A stretch of 45,489 nucleotides of DNA from Candidatus Natronoplasma sp. (GCA_048620775.1 JBMCEH010000002.1:1-45489); one strand, 5' to 3'; numbered from the stretch's first letter, positions 27,439-37,808 are shown. The notes: a model not told the origin generated them from the letters alone. Numbers and translations: made by a program.

Positions 27439-28467
27439 TCAGATTTTTATATCCAGTCTAGGTGTTACTTCTTCTTTGATGTTCTCTATCTTGTAATCGT
27501 CTTCTATAGTTGTTATGGTATCCATCCTCTCGATTCTTTTCGCGGCTTCATAAGTATCGATAGGTACTGAGACCAAGGGTATGTTTGCTCTATCAGCTTT
27601 TGAGATTATATTACTGGGCGGTATTATATCATTGGTCAGAACAAGTCCTGATGTTCCATCTTCTAACGAAGCTAAGATGACATCGGTTCTATCTCCTCCA
27701 GTGACGATCAACTTACCATCTTCCTGAAAAGCGGGAATACGCACTAATTCATCGGCGCTCAAAGCACCTACATATACATTTTCTACTATATTGTTAAGGC
27801 CTTCCTCTCCCGCTACGACCTTACCGAAAAGCATATCGTTTATGAAGCTCATCCTGGTTAGGTCAAGACTGCTGATCTTGGGTATTATCCCCAATACATC
27901 CAAACCTAAATCTTCTATATCGTCCACAACAAAATCTTCAGCCTCCTCCAAAGATTCGACCTTGTTCAGCACGACGCCCCGCAGATCCACACCGTTTTTT
28001 TCGAAGTAGTTATATGCGGTCGTTAGTTTGTCTAGTATCTCAGTTCCGCTGTCTGAAGTCACCAGTATTACTTCAGTTTCGATCATCTTGGAGAGGGATA
28101 CCGGATCAAGAGTGATCGAAGATCCGAATCCCCAGTGTTTTCCAGTTTCTATTATCAAACCTTCTTTTCCCTCTGAGAGTTCATCTGTCCTTTCTTTGAT
28201 CTTGTCACGAATCGTATCTTCGTCGAAAGCGTACTTGATTTTGGAGTGATCGAAGCCTATACAAAATTTCTCATATTCTGTATCAAGAGAAAGGACGTTC
28301 TTGAACAGTTTAGCATCATAGTCTATGAGCCTCTTTTTTTTATAGATAGGCCTATCACCGAAGGGTTTAAAGTAATTTAAAGGTCTATCATCTCCAAGTG
28401 CTAATCCTAGACCGATAGTCGTTTTTCCAGCATCCTCTTCAGTCGAGGATATTATGAGATTTTTCAT
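27439..28467 (-). CDS. BioD-like P-loop plus DRTGG domain protein (like the N-terminal regulatory half of class II phosphotransacetylase)
   Basis: N-terminal STEEDAGKTT P-loop-like segment and C-terminal VTGGDRTDV (DRTGG motif). No Pta catalytic domain. Confidence 0.65.
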   Translation of the reverse strand: MKNLIISSTEEDAGKTTIGLGLALGDDRPLNYFKPFGDRPIYKKKRLIDYDAKLFKNVLSLDTEYEKFCIGFDHSKIKYAFDEDTIRDKIKERTDELSEGKEGLIIETGKHWGFGSSITLDPVSLSKMIETEVILVTSDSGTEILDKLTTAYNYFEKNGVDLRGVVLNKVESLEEAEDFVVDDIEDLGLDVLGIIPKISSLDLTRMSFINDMLFGKVVAGEEGLNNIVENVYVGALSADELVRIPAFQEDGKLIVTGGDRTDVILASLEDGTSGLVLTNDIIPPSNIISKADRANIPLVSVPIDTYEAAKRIERMDTITTIEDDYKIENIKEEVTPRLDIKI

Positions 28468-28473
28468 TTTATA

Positions 28474-30597
28474 TCACCTACTTTCGAGATTTATAGCCAC
28501 GTCTACAACTTTACATCCTTCTCCTTGATCGAATGCTTTGATAGGATTGAGGTCCATCTCCGAGATCTCCTCTATTTCATTCATCAAATAGGATATCCTA
28601 TATATAACATCTGCCAATGCGTTTAAATCTTTTCTCGGTTGCCCCCTTGCTCCGACCAATACTGGGAAAGAGTCTATCTGCCCCATCATCCTTCTAGCCT
28701 CTTTTTTGGTTATGGGAGCGACACGGAACTCTACGTCTTCTAGAACTTCTACATAAACGCCACCTAAACCGAACATTATTAAAGGTCCGAAAGAACCGTC
28801 TCTCGAACCACCTACTATGGTCTCTTCTCCACCTTTGAGCATCTTTGCTACGGAAATACCGCTTATGTGAGCATCGGGATAATTCTTGCGGCAATTCGAA
28901 TATATCGCTTGATAGGCATCTACAACTTCCTCTTCATTCTCCAGATCGAGAGCGATACCGCCAGCATCGGATTTATGTATTATATCTTCTGAAACAACTT
29001 TCAATACTACTGGGTATCCTATATCTTCTGAAACCTCTACCGCTCTATCTAATGAATTCACTACTTCTCCCTCTACCATTGGAACATCTGCAAGATCCAA
29101 TATCTCACGTGCTTCTTGTTCTAACAGCGTTAATCTACCCTTATTTCTTATCTTTCTCACTCTTTTTCTAATCTTATCGAGAGGTATATCCAACTCTATC
29201 TCTTCCTGCCTTTCTTTTTCCCTCTCAAGATAGCGTTTTTTCTTGAAAAGTGCACCCAAAGCGGATATACATTCGTAAGTGTCTGTGAAAGCCGGTATCT
29301 TATGTTTTCTTAACCATTGGACACATTCCTGGACTTTCTTGCCACCGGTAAAGGTGTACACCGAAGCCTTTTCAGCCCCATGGTCGTCATATACCTCTTT
29401 TATCGCCTCGGCTACTTTCCACGGATCGGCGGTCCCTGTTTCGCAGTAAAGCCCCACAACAGCACCGGTCATATCGCTTTTGAAAGCCTTCCTCAAAGAA
29501 CTCTCGTATTCCTCTTTTCCAGCCTGACCAGTTATATCTACAGGATTTTTGGTAGAACCAAATGAAGGTATAGCATCCTCAAAAGTTTCTTTTAAATGTG
29601 TCTGGTCATCCAGCAATTTCACATCGTATTTTTCCGCCGCATCGGCACTTAAGACTCCTATGCCGCCACCGTTTGTGACCACGACAGTATTATCTTTTTT
29701 TGGGAGTGGAGACGTTGAAAGGACTCTAGACCAATTGAAAGCTTCCCTCAAATCCTCCGCTCTGTGAACACCACATTGTTCGAATGCGGAGGAAAATATA
29801 CGGTCACTTCCAGCAAGTGAGCCAGTATGAGATGCAACTGCAGTAGCACCTTTATCCGAACGGCCTGATTTGATCACGACTACCGTTTTATCTTCCGGGA
29901 GTTCTCTGACTTTTTCCATGAACTCCCTTCCGTTTTCCAGCCCCTCCATATAAATCATTATGACATCTGTTTCTTCATCTTCGCTGAAATAGTCTACAAG
30001 GTCTATATCATCGATATCAGCCTTGTTACCGATGCTCACTATAGCAGAGAGACCTAAATACTGCTGGGCGGTCTTTCCTATCATAGCGATACCTAAAGCT
30101 CCGCTCTGGGACAGTAAAGCGATGCTTCCCTTTTCTATCTCTGAAGGACCGAAAGTTGCGTTCAGGTCTGACCGTGAAGAGTAAATGCCAAAAACATTAG
30201 GACCTAAAACTCTCATGCCATATTTTTTTGCCTCTTCAACCATCTCCTCTTCCTCTTCCACATTTCCTATTTCTGAAAAGCCCGAGGAGATGACTATCGC
30301 ATGTTTTACCCCTTTTTCTCCACATTCATGTATAGCATCTTTTACTATCTTGGCAGGCACAACGACTACCGCAAGATCTACGCTCCCGGGCACATCCTCG
30401 ATGGATTCGTATATCTTTTCTCCGAAAATCTCTCCACCCTTTGGATTTATAGGGTATACCTCTCCCTTATAATCAGATTTTATTATGTTTGAAAAAAGTG
30501 TGTATCCTATCTTTCCTTCTTTTCTGGAGGCACCGATAACTGCGATAGAATCTGGATCAAAAACCCCATCGAGTTCATCTTTTTTTGATGCCATCAA
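28474..30597 (-). CDS. acd: ADP-forming acetyl-CoA synthetase (fused alpha-beta ACD)
   Basis: CoA-binding SIAVIGASRKEGKIG, phosphohistidine loop ASHTGSLAG, and ATP-grasp part IGYPVVLKVVSEDIIHKSDAGGIAL. Length 707 aa. Confidence 0.9.
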   Translation of the reverse strand: MMASKKDELDGVFDPDSIAVIGASRKEGKIGYTLFSNIIKSDYKGEVYPINPKGGEIFGEKIYESIEDVPGSVDLAVVVVPAKIVKDAIHECGEKGVKHAIVISSGFSEIGNVEEEEEMVEEAKKYGMRVLGPNVFGIYSSRSDLNATFGPSEIEKGSIALLSQSGALGIAMIGKTAQQYLGLSAIVSIGNKADIDDIDLVDYFSEDEETDVIMIYMEGLENGREFMEKVRELPEDKTVVVIKSGRSDKGATAVASHTGSLAGSDRIFSSAFEQCGVHRAEDLREAFNWSRVLSTSPLPKKDNTVVVTNGGGIGVLSADAAEKYDVKLLDDQTHLKETFEDAIPSFGSTKNPVDITGQAGKEEYESSLRKAFKSDMTGAVVGLYCETGTADPWKVAEAIKEVYDDHGAEKASVYTFTGGKKVQECVQWLRKHKIPAFTDTYECISALGALFKKKRYLEREKERQEEIELDIPLDKIRKRVRKIRNKGRLTLLEQEAREILDLADVPMVEGEVVNSLDRAVEVSEDIGYPVVLKVVSEDIIHKSDAGGIALDLENEEEVVDAYQAIYSNCRKNYPDAHISGISVAKMLKGGEETIVGGSRDGSFGPLIMFGLGGVYVEVLEDVEFRVAPITKKEARRMMGQIDSFPVLVGARGQPRKDLNALADVIYRISYLMNEIEEISEMDLNPIKAFDQGEGCKVVDVAINLESR

Positions 30598-30808
30598 ATC
30601 GGAGTAAAGAGAAGGGGTTTATTAGTATTTTGGAAACCTCTCACTACTGTCGGAATTCGAGACTCTTTGGGTAAAGTGTGATTAAGGAATCACCCCATAT
30701 TTTAAGTCATCTGTGGTAATTACTTATAGTCAATAGAGGAAAAGATTATGGTGTATTAATAATGTTATAAAAATATGTGAAAAAGACAAAAATTACATAA
30801 ATAGGTAC

Positions 30809-32278
30809 TTGATGGGTAAAATCGGATTTACAGTCATCATGGTGGTATATTTGAGCTTGGATGGATCTAAAAGAGGGCAGAACATAGATAAATTACTCGA
30901 TCCAGATAATGTGGCTATTTTCGGTGTTTCTCTCAGTGAAGATGAAAAGATGGGTAACATAATATACCACAATTTGAAAAGCTCCCATAGAGATGTTTAT
31001 GCGATAAATCCCAAGGCAGAAGGGGAGGAAGGTTTTTTCACCACTATCCATGATGTTCCTGACGAGGTAGACCTTGCGATATTAGCAATACCTTCAAAAT
31101 ATGCGGTTGATGCAGTGGAAGACTGTGTAAAATTCGGTGTTGGAGCGATAATACTCGTTTCAGGCGGCTTTGGTGAAACTGGCGAGAAGGGGAAAAAGAT
31201 GGAGGAAGAAATAAAAGAGATATTGAAAGGAAATCGGACCCGTTTGTTGGGACCTAATACCATGGGTGTCCTGATACCTCCAGTAGATCTTGATACCTTT
31301 TTCTTACCAGAAGATCGCGTCGAACGGCCAGAAGAAGGTGGTATAGCTTTCATATCTCAGAGCGGATTCATGGCTACTCCGTTCGTGGAAACTCTCTGTG
31401 CACACCATACTGGTCTGTCCGGTTTCGTGGGGATAGGAAACCGATTGGATATAGATGAAGTCGAATTAATGGAATACTTCGCTGAAGACGAAGAAACCGA
31501 CGTTATAGCACTATACCTCGAAAGTCTATCTGATGGAAGGGAACTTTACGAGATCGCAAAGAGAACGGCTCCTGAAAAACCGATAGTCCTTCTAAAAAGC
31601 GGTAGAAGTGATATCGGCCGGAAAGCTACACAATCTCATACGGGTTCTCTAGCCTCTACATCAGACAGGATGGTAAAAGGCGTATCAAAACAGGCTGGCA
31701 TAATAAACGCATACGATGAAAGAGAGCTTACAGATTTTTCTGAAGTTTTGGGTATGAATGACCCTATCGAAGGAGAAAATATCGCCGTCATAAGCAGTGC
31801 TGGAGGTACTGGAGTCATAGCTTCGGATTACATAGAGGATTCTGATCCTGGACTGGGTCTTAAAATGCCTTCTTTTTCTGACGATATAAAGGAGAGGTTG
31901 GATGATGTGATCCTTCCTATAGCGTCCGGAGATAACCCGATAGATCTTACTGCTAATGTTACAGATGAGATGGTGGATGACGTGCTGAAAATACTCCAAG
32001 ATGAGGACAAGATCGATGCTATATTTCTATATGCGCTGTTTCAGTCGCCATATGTAGGAGAGGGAATGGTCGAATCGATCTCGAAGTGGTATCACCAGGG
32101 AGACAAACCAATCGTTGTCGCCTGCATTGGAGACAAGACTGGAGATAGATGGAGAGAAGAGTTTTACAAAGAGGGTGTACCTGCTTATCCGAGCACAAAG
32201 AGAGCTATAGATTGTCTAGCCGTGTTGGTGGATCGAGGAAGGACTTTATCTCATCTAGGGGAATGTATCGATGACTGA
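30809..32278 (+). CDS. ADP-forming acyl-CoA synthetase alpha-type subunit (CoA-binding plus ligase-CoA domains, no ATP-grasp)
   Basis: VAIFGVS..., QSGFMA and QSHTGSLAS (catalytic His loop). Start ambiguous: TTG 30809, ATG 30812 or ATG 30839, all in frame. Confidence 0.85.
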   Translation: MMGKIGFTVIMVVYLSLDGSKRGQNIDKLLDPDNVAIFGVSLSEDEKMGNIIYHNLKSSHRDVYAINPKAEGEEGFFTTIHDVPDEVDLAILAIPSKYAVDAVEDCVKFGVGAIILVSGGFGETGEKGKKMEEEIKEILKGNRTRLLGPNTMGVLIPPVDLDTFFLPEDRVERPEEGGIAFISQSGFMATPFVETLCAHHTGLSGFVGIGNRLDIDEVELMEYFAEDEETDVIALYLESLSDGRELYEIAKRTAPEKPIVLLKSGRSDIGRKATQSHTGSLASTSDRMVKGVSKQAGIINAYDERELTDFSEVLGMNDPIEGENIAVISSAGGTGVIASDYIEDSDPGLGLKMPSFSDDIKERLDDVILPIASGDNPIDLTANVTDEMVDDVLKILQDEDKIDAIFLYALFQSPYVGEGMVESISKWYHQGDKPIVVACIGDKTGDRWREEFYKEGVPAYPSTKRAIDCLAVLVDRGRTLSHLGECIDD

Positions 32279-32834
32279 AGAAGAGAGGTTAACCAGAAGG
32301 ATAATCCACTCGATGGTGTGGATAGTTTTAGTTTATTATTTGGTACCCGATACCTTAATTGGCTATCCACGAGACATGTTTCTCATAATAATATTAGCTA
32401 TAGTACTGGTATTTGAAGGCTTTCGACTGTATTTTGGGTTCAGTATCTACGGCATGAGGGATTATGAAAAAAGACAATTCGCATCATATGGTTGGGCCTC
32501 CATAGCTGCTGCCATCACCTTACTGTTTTTTCCTATGCATCTAGCCATCGTTTGTCTGCTAGGGATGGGCCTCATAGATCCACTGATCGGTGAGATACAG
32601 CACCATAAACCTGAATTTTACCCCTATGTCCCTTTTATAGCATGGTCTCTGCTGGCGATGTTGTTGTTCAGTATTTTAGGTGTTTTTTCTCTTTATATAA
32701 TAATAACTTTCTCTATGATCGGAGCCGCGGCTGCTATATTAGCTGAATATCCAACTATAAGGATAGATGACGATTTTTTGATGATAATCGTGCCTCTTTT
32801 CGTTCTACGCGGATTGGAATTGATATTGCTATAG
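32271..32834 (+). CDS. Polytopic membrane protein of unknown function
   Basis: 187 aa with about 6 hydrophobic helices. 8-nt overlap with the preceding gene. GLIDPLIGE and DDDF..VPL loosely recall the polyprenol-kinase/CTP-transferase families, but not convincingly. Confidence 0.4.
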   Translation: MTEEERLTRRIIHSMVWIVLVYYLVPDTLIGYPRDMFLIIILAIVLVFEGFRLYFGFSIYGMRDYEKRQFASYGWASIAAAITLLFFPMHLAIVCLLGMGLIDPLIGEIQHHKPEFYPYVPFIAWSLLAMLLFSILGVFSLYIIITFSMIGAAAAILAEYPTIRIDDDFLMIIVPLFVLRGLELILL

Positions 32835-32873
32835 TGCAAAAATACATAAACTATGTAACTCTAACTCTTATCC

Positions 32874-33365
32874 ATGAAAGAGCAAATACTGAGATGGCTC
32901 GATGAGGATGATAGGGAATATCAGATCAGTGATCAGCCAGCACTGAATTGGTTGATACAATTGAAACATGGAAACAGGATGGTCCTTCTCGGGAATCCGA
33001 AGAAAAATGAAAAGAGACTAGAGGTCGTTTACAAACTCAACGTAAGCGATGACCACAAAAAGATACTCAAAAAACTAAATGACAAACAGAGGTCGGGATT
33101 CGAAAAGACTATGGTGATGATGTTGGCAGTTGACTCCAATATATACAATATCCAGAGAGATGACGAGAACCTTCCGGATTCGATAGTTATTAAGAAGCAT
33201 CTTTACGATGAAGAACTGGGGAAAGGAAAATTTTTTGACACGATCCAGTATGTGGTTAACATGGGAATGAGGACCACGATGCATTTTCAATCTCTAGGAG
33301 GAGCTAAGATGACGGATCAGGATGAAGTCTCCTCCACAAAAACAGGTCCGTCTATCTACCGGTGA
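32874..33365 (+). CDS. Hypothetical soluble protein
   Basis: 163-aa ORF with composition like its neighbours. No motif recognised. Confidence 0.4.
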   Translation: MKEQILRWLDEDDREYQISDQPALNWLIQLKHGNRMVLLGNPKKNEKRLEVVYKLNVSDDHKKILKKLNDKQRSGFEKTMVMMLAVDSNIYNIQRDDENLPDSIVIKKHLYDEELGKGKFFDTIQYVVNMGMRTTMHFQSLGGAKMTDQDEVSSTKTGPSIYR

Positions 33366-33540
33366 TATTTAGATCATCAACTAATGTTCGCCATCGGCTA
33401 TCTTTGGAAAATTGAGATGTAGACACTATCTTCATGTAGTTTACTGGGAAAAAATTGATTGGATGGAAACAACTAAATAGGAGTGCAGTTTTAGGAAAGA
33501 ACGCTGAAAAAGGTTTTATAATATTGAACTTCATAGGTTC

Positions 33541-33557
33541 TCTGAAAATATTTCAGA
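33541..33557 (+). promoter_or_regulatory. Palindromic TATA-like element upstream of psmB
   Basis: TCTGAAA-ATA-TTTCAGA, centred about 30 nt upstream of ATG 33579. This fits a TATA box for a leaderless or short-leader transcript and could also serve as an operator. Confidence 0.3.
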
Positions 33558-33578
33558 AATTGGGTTGAGTGTGAAATT

Positions 33579-34238
33579 ATGGACGAAAAAAATACCAATA
33601 AAGGTACAACCACACTAGGTTTGGTCTGTGAAAACGGCGTTGTCCTTGCTACGGAGAGAAGAGCGACGAAAGGTCATATGATATCTCACAAGGATACAAA
33701 AAAGTTGTTTGAGATAACGGATAATATAGGATTGAACATCGCCGGATTGGTTGGAGATGGTCAGGTGCTATCGCGTTACTTGAGTTCAGAAGTCGAACTT
33801 TATGAATTGAAGAGGAATAAAACTATTTCTGTGGAAGCAGCCACTACTTTACTTTCAAATATAATGATGGGTAGAAGGGTGATGCCCTATTATGTCGGTC
33901 TTGTATTGGGTGGCGTAGATCCCGACGGAAGTGGGAAAGTATATTCGATAGATGCACTGGGTGGAGCTATATCAGATGAGTACGTGGCAGAAGGCTCTGG
34001 CTCCCAGTTCGTTTACGGTGTTCTCGAAGACCATTACGAGAAAGGAATGGATATAGATGAAGGCGTAGAACTCGCGGTGCTTTCTTTGCTGGTCTCCAGC
34101 AGTAGAGATTCAGCCTCTGGAGACGGAGTTAACGTAGCCAAAATAACCCCAGAAAAAGGATTTGAGAGGTTAGACGAAGAAGAGTTGAAAGAAATAATCT
34201 CTAATATAAGAGAAGAGAAAAACCTTCCCGCGTTATAA
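33579..34238 (+). CDS. psmB: Proteasome subunit beta
   Basis: Propeptide then GTTTLGLVCENGVVLATERRAT (Thr1 nucleophile context). Length 219 aa. Confidence 0.92.
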   Translation: MDEKNTNKGTTTLGLVCENGVVLATERRATKGHMISHKDTKKLFEITDNIGLNIAGLVGDGQVLSRYLSSEVELYELKRNKTISVEAATTLLSNIMMGRRVMPYYVGLVLGGVDPDGSGKVYSIDALGGAISDEYVAEGSGSQFVYGVLEDHYEKGMDIDEGVELAVLSLLVSSSRDSASGDGVNVAKITPEKGFERLDEEELKEIISNIREEKNLPAL

Positions 34239-34382
34239 TAACCCTTTAATTTTATGTTTATGATGGGTAATTTTCGTTAATGTGATAGTAAACGAGTGTT
34301 GACGGATACGTAATGAGAAAATCTTAATGATGAAATTAGTACATGAAAACCAAAGGAAACAAATCAAGAAAAAGTGGATTTT

Positions 34383-36305
34383 ATGAGTGTTGAGGATATT
34401 TTAAACGGAGCAAAAGAAGCGGTTAGGGAGATACTACCTAGCGGTGTTCGAATAACGGACATACAGTTCGAGGGTTCGGTCATAGTTATCTATACAAAAG
34501 ATATGGACAAGTTCACCGAAGATGCCGATACGGTCAAAAAATTGGCGGAAAGGTTGAAAAGAAGAGTTACTGTCAGGCCGGATCCCTCTCTTTTAGCCGA
34601 TCCGGAGAAAGTCGAAAAAGAGATAAAAGAATTAGTTCCAGACGAAGCAGAGATCACAGATATGTTTTTCGAGGAAGACATCGGTGAGGTGACTATAGAA
34701 GCAAAAGCACCTGGCATAGCTATCGGAAAGGAAGGAAAACTTTTGAATGAGATCAAGAGGGAGACCGGATGGGCTGTTGATGTTATAAGGACCCCTCCTA
34801 TCAAATCGAAGACCGTGAAAGATACTAGAGAATTTTTGAGGAAAGTCAGGGATGAGAGAAAAAAATTCTTGCAAGAGGTCGGAAGAAAGATAAACAGAGA
34901 TACAAGGGAGGGAGAGACCTTTGGGAGAGTCACTGCTCTCGGCGGATACAGAGAGGTAGGTCGATCCGCGCATCTGCTTCAAACACGAGATAGTAAAGTG
35001 CTTGTAGATTGCGGGATCAATCCGTCTGCAAAGAGCCAGAATAATGAAGGAACCCCCTATTTGAATGCGCCTGAATTACTTCCGCTAGAAGAGATTGACG
35101 GTGTTGTATTGACACATGCTCATCTTGACCACAGTGGGGTAATACCGGCCCTTTACAAGTATGGATTCCAAGGTCCTGTCTACTGTACAGCTCCGACAAG
35201 AGATCTCGCTGCACTTCTTCAGTTGGATTACATCAAAGTGAGTGTCAGCGATGCAAGAGAACCACCTTATAAATCTAAACATGTAAGAGATCAAGTTATG
35301 AGAACCATCCCCTTGGAATACGGCGAGACAACAGACATAGCTCCAGATATCAGACTTACACTTCATAATGCTGGACATATCCTTGGTTCGGCTGTAGCTC
35401 ATATGCATATAGGTGATGGAGATTATAACGTCGCTTTCACCGGTGACATAAAATATGATGATACATGGCTTTTCAATCAGGCAGCCAATAAATTCCCTAG
35501 AGTAGAGACAGCGATCATAGAATCTACTTACGGAGGATATGAAGACTTACAACCAAGCAGAAAGGACGCGGTAGAACAACTGAAGGACATACTCGATCAA
35601 GCACTCGACCACAAGAATGGGAAAGTGATCGTGCCCGTTTTTGCGGTTGGTCGTTCTCAGGAGGTGATGCTTGTTATCGAGGAAGCGATGAGAAAAGGCG
35701 ATATATCAGAAGCCCCAGTGTATCTAGACGGTATGATATGGGAGGCAACCGCCATACATACGGCATATCCTGAATTTTTGAACAACAAACTGAAGAATAA
35801 GATATTCCACGAGGACGAGAATCCGTTCCTGTCAAAATATTTCAAGGAAGTAGGAAGTATGGATGACAGGAGAGATATCTGTGACAGTGATGAACCAGCG
35901 ATCGTTCTTGCTACAGCTGGCATGATGAACGGGGGTCCAGTTCTCGAGTATTTTAAAGCCTGGGGAGACGATCCTGAGGCGACGCTTATATTTGTGGGGT
36001 ATCAGGCGGAGGGAACACTGGGCAACAAGATACAGAAAGGCTACGACAAGGTAAATATGACGGAGAAAGGTGAAAAGATCGACATCTCGGTCGAATTGGA
36101 CATACATACCTGTGAGGGTTTCTCGGGACACAGTGATAGGATACAACTCCTTCATTATATAAGTAAGATGAACCCTAATCCTCATAGAGTTTTGGTAAGT
36201 CACGGTGAGGAGAGCAAGGCTACGAATCTAGCGAGCACTATCTACAAAAAATACGGTATAAAAACGAGAGCTCCGAGAAATCTAGAGACCATCAGACTTT
36301 ATTGA
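34383..36305 (+). CDS. fttA: aCPSF1/FttA: KH domains plus metallo-beta-lactamase and beta-CASP ribonuclease
   Basis: N-terminal KH-like repeats (GIAIGKEGKLLNEIK), the HAHLDHSG motif, and beta-CASP/C-terminal motifs (GFSGHSD). ATG 34383 is preferred over the ORF-track GTG 34374. Confidence 0.92.
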   Translation: MSVEDILNGAKEAVREILPSGVRITDIQFEGSVIVIYTKDMDKFTEDADTVKKLAERLKRRVTVRPDPSLLADPEKVEKEIKELVPDEAEITDMFFEEDIGEVTIEAKAPGIAIGKEGKLLNEIKRETGWAVDVIRTPPIKSKTVKDTREFLRKVRDERKKFLQEVGRKINRDTREGETFGRVTALGGYREVGRSAHLLQTRDSKVLVDCGINPSAKSQNNEGTPYLNAPELLPLEEIDGVVLTHAHLDHSGVIPALYKYGFQGPVYCTAPTRDLAALLQLDYIKVSVSDAREPPYKSKHVRDQVMRTIPLEYGETTDIAPDIRLTLHNAGHILGSAVAHMHIGDGDYNVAFTGDIKYDDTWLFNQAANKFPRVETAIIESTYGGYEDLQPSRKDAVEQLKDILDQALDHKNGKVIVPVFAVGRSQEVMLVIEEAMRKGDISEAPVYLDGMIWEATAIHTAYPEFLNNKLKNKIFHEDENPFLSKYFKEVGSMDDRRDICDSDEPAIVLATAGMMNGGPVLEYFKAWGDDPEATLIFVGYQAEGTLGNKIQKGYDKVNMTEKGEKIDISVELDIHTCEGFSGHSDRIQLLHYISKMNPNPHRVLVSHGEESKATNLASTIYKKYGIKTRAPRNLETIRLY

Positions 36306-36315
36306 TTCTTTTAAC

Positions 36316-36936
36316 TTAAAGGCTCTGTTCAAAGTCCTCCACTTCGTAATCGAATTCGTCTCTCTCTTCTATTTCCCCTTTCTGCAGCTTCATCTCTCTA
36401 GCCAATAACCAGAAAACGAGGGCGAGGGATTTCCTACCTTTGTTGTTTGTAGGTAGAGCAAAATCTACATTTCTCAACATGTTGTTGGTATCTACAAGCC
36501 CCACGATGGGTATTCCGACGTTCACAGCTTCCCTGACCGCCTGTCGATCTGCCGATGGATCGACTACCACCAAGACTTCAGGTTCGATGAAATGGTCAAG
36601 CGATGGATTGGTGAGAGTCCCTGGTATGAAACGACCGGCTATACTAGAAGCTCCGACCACGTCGGAAAACATCTCGATCGGTCTTTTCCCGTACTGGCGG
36701 GCGGAAACGAGTAATATACGTCTAGGTTCGTATCGGGATAAAAATTTGGCCAAAGTCTTGATCTTTCCATTGGTCTGGTCTACATCTAATACGAACAGAC
36801 CATCGTCTCTAACTTTGAAGATGAAGGGCTCCATGTCCTTTGCTTTCTGCTGTGTACCTATATGTATCCCTGCGGTAAGGTAAGTCTCCTCGGGCACCAA
36901 CAACATCTCTTCTTTTTCTTCGGTTTCGGCGGTCAT
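36316..36936 (-). CDS. rps2: 30S ribosomal protein uS2
   Basis: [20 protein letters not shown]... and [10 protein letters not shown]. Length 206 aa. Confidence 0.92.
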   Translation of the reverse strand: MTAETEEKEEMLLVPEETYLTAGIHIGTQQKAKDMEPFIFKVRDDGLFVLDVDQTNGKIKTLAKFLSRYEPRRILLVSARQYGKRPIEMFSDVVGASSIAGRFIPGTLTNPSLDHFIEPEVLVVVDPSADRQAVREAVNVGIPIVGLVDTNNMLRNVDFALPTNNKGRKSLALVFWLLAREMKLQKGEIEERDEFDYEVEDFEQSL

Positions 36937-37121
36937 TGTTCTTCCTCTCTTATCACGGTTATGGGAATAACCCCTTTTTCGAATTCCTCTATAGCGATAT
37001 CAACCGGATCTATAGGCCCGGCTTCTTCTTTTTTCAGCAATGTAGGCGCCCCCATAGATATCTGGATAGAGCGCGCACCGATTATCCTAGCCTTCTCAAA
37101 GCGGGTATATTCCCTATTCAT
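36933..37121 (-). CDS. rpoK: DNA-directed RNA polymerase subunit K (Rpo6)
   Basis: [21 protein letters not shown]. 62 aa, with a 4-nt overlap on rps2. Confidence 0.85.
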   Translation of the reverse strand: MNREYTRFEKARIIGARSIQISMGAPTLLKKEEAGPIDPVDIAIEEFEKGVIPITVIREEEQ

Positions 37122-37245
37122 ATTCTTCTAGCCTTTTCTGGTAAAAAGATTTGTATTATAAATCTTTTCCTCTATCTTGCTTTTCCTATCTATCCTCTTT
37201 CAAGATTTGCAAGGATTGAAAAATGATTTGTCAGGAATACTGTCT

Positions 37246-37668
37246 CTATCGGGGTTCATTTGGTTTTTGGTCGTTCGCCCTCGTCTGTTTGGAATTCCCT
37301 TTTCTTTTTTCATTTTTAACTGACTGAACAGGTGGAGGCGTTTGGCGACGGTCAGGTTCGCTTGTTTTTCTTCTTCTTTCTGTTTCTATAACGGTTTTTC
37401 TCTCCGGAGATCTGATCATCTGGATTCCATATTTTGTGATCTTTCCAGCTACGCTTCCCATGGCGAACAAAAAGATACCCGGGATGAGGTAGATCAAAAA
37501 GTCTACCAACGGAGCCAAACCTTCGTCTCCCACTTCGACCAAATCAGAAAAACCTTCGATGAATACTGGATTCAGAAAAGTATAGATTGCTAGAGAAAAT
37601 GTTACCACTAAAAGAGCGATACCTAAGCCGAATACAACGTATCCGGTGGTTTTGTTCTTATCTACCAT
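37246..37668 (-). CDS. Small membrane protein with strongly basic C-terminal tail
   Basis: Two or three hydrophobic helices followed by an Arg/Lys/Pro-rich ~50-aa tail. No family recognised. Confidence 0.45.
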   Translation of the reverse strand: MVDKNKTTGYVVFGLGIALLVVTFSLAIYTFLNPVFIEGFSDLVEVGDEGLAPLVDFLIYLIPGIFLFAMGSVAGKITKYGIQMIRSPERKTVIETERRRKTSEPDRRQTPPPVQSVKNEKRKGNSKQTRANDQKPNEPR

Positions 37669-37808
37669 TATATTCCACCAAACTTATAACTTCTCTTTTG
37701 TATTTACATGTTTTGGGAAAAACGAATCGAGAATCTTGCAAAATTTATCGGTGTAAAAGTATCACGCCGATATGTTTATATTTTATAGATGTGGTGAACT
37801 CTCGTTAG

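Noticed and set aside
34239-34382. ATGATG-rich spacer upstream of aCPSF1 as a second C/D box sRNA
   Set aside because: C-box-like ATGATGG/ATGATGA strings are present, but there is no CTGA D box at the right spacing and no terminal stem.
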